Origin: Bdellovibrionota bacterium
GTDB lineage: Bacteria > Bdellovibrionota_C > UBA2361 > OMII01
NCBI GenBank assembly: GCA_044356215.1
Contig: JBIKWQ010000019.1
Span: 1 to 47,021 of the forward strand
Direction of reading: 5' to 3'
DNA: 47,021 nucleotides
The translations under genes were made by a program, and so were the position numbers. The stretch's first letter is position 1, and each line of letters opens with the position of its first letter. This document shows positions 45,970 to 47,021 of this stretch, in pieces. Under the pieces are notes generated by a model. The model made no database searches. It was not told the DNA's origin and saw nothing but the letters and a program-made list of their open reading frames with translations.

Positions 45970-46483
45970 GCTAGAAATATTATTTTTCTGGCTGGGCTGC
46001 GGCAGGTGAGTAAGTCAAAGTGATCTATCTAGTAATCTACAACTTCAGCCATGATTCAGCAGGCCTGGTTAAGCAGCTATTTAGATTGGTGTGGTGGGCA
46101 TCAAGCGAGGCGTTGAAGACTTTAGGCACGACCCCCAAGTCTTTATGCAGATGGCTACCTAAAGAACCCTACTTAATAATTAAGACATCAACTGAGTTCC
46201 CGGCAGACGGAGCCCCTTGCCTTCAAGCTAAAAAATTATTTTTCCCCCTCCCCAATACACCCATTCTCCCGTCTAGTACCCCAAATAACCCACCTAGTAT
46301 CCCAAAAATTCTCCAAATAGCTGGTTTCCTTAGGAGGTTGAAAAAGAACTGGGACGGCCTAAAGAATAATGCGCTTGCTTGACTAAGGATCGGCCGCTCG
46401 ATACCTTGATGAGGAGCTATTCAGTTGCGAGGGGGTTCCACGAAATCCGTTTTGGTTTTTCGGAAACTTATTTAGAGGAATTT

Positions 46484-46951
46484 ATGAGCGATAGATTTGG
46501 TAAACAACCGGGCAAACTTGGTAGCAACGCCGAACGGGTCAAACCTCTACAGGTATTAGCGGAGTTAGAGGGGGACGGTGGACGCTTGATCGTGATCCCT
46601 TTACATGATGGCAAAGTCGCTCTTAAAGACGGGCGAGATTTTAGCGTAATCGAATTAAGTGGTGTTAAGACGACGCTTCCGGGAATACTAGACGTGAGGC
46701 CTCTTTCTAGTGATGGAAAGTTGGTTTGGCTTGACAGTCAAGGATGTCTAGTAAGCGGACGATTTGAAGAAGCTAGCAGGTCGCTTTTAGCGGATTCGTC
46801 CATGCATCTAAAAGAGCTATATTCTGAGGCCTCAGTGGCTGATGCTATTGCGCGTACAGAAAAGTTTTGCAATCTGAGGGCGGTATTTGAAGGAGGGAAT
46901 GTCCGACACTCCGTTGAAATTTTGAGCAGAGTGGTAGGTAATCATCATTAA
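46484..46951 (+). CDS. Hypothetical protein
   Basis: Open frame; AGAGGA RBS before ATG 46484 (the track starts at TTG 46379). Confidence 0.55.
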   Translation: MSDRFGKQPGKLGSNAERVKPLQVLAELEGDGGRLIVIPLHDGKVALKDGRDFSVIELSGVKTTLPGILDVRPLSSDGKLVWLDSQGCLVSGRFEEASRSLLADSSMHLKELYSEASVADAIARTEKFCNLRAVFEGGNVRHSVEILSRVVGNHH

Positions 46952-47021
46952 GCTACCTTTCTTAATTCGTCAAGCTGTCTGCCTGAGCACATTGCTTTTA
47001 GCTTACGAATAAATATTGGTA

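Noticed and set aside
46020..46382. 120-aa ORF as an intact gene
   Set aside because: GTG start without RBS, and the C-terminal half is a translation of the low-complexity C-rich tract.

Overview
Bacterial chromosomal window (Gram-negative/diderm envelope; lineage not determinable here). Core content: aspC, ribD, prlC, nadB, a six-gene Alternative Complex III operon (actABCDEF), rpmF-plsX-fabG-acpP-glyA-nrdR-ribBA, two GT-C-like membrane proteins, an AI-2E transporter and a 1908-aa TamB + POTRA + Omp85 fusion. The most striking non-coding signal is a 182-183 bp, fully palindromic MITE in three copies (14-196, 2206-2387, 26567-26749). It has 17-bp TIRs (GGAAGGCCGGCAAAACC) and 4-bp YTAA target duplications, which is IS5-like. 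One copy replaced the C-terminus of a c-type cytochrome gene with 55 element-derived residues. A second, related short palindromic repeat family occurs at 5158-5254 and 36614-36660. The right end (42.4-46.2 kb) is a nested mobile-element graveyard: an orphan IS66 end, an unannotated tnpC fragment, a two-gene cassette, and a truncated IS66 cut by an intact-looking IS4-family element with no target duplication. No rRNA, tRNA or CRISPR array was seen. All calls come from reading the sequence; no database searches were run.
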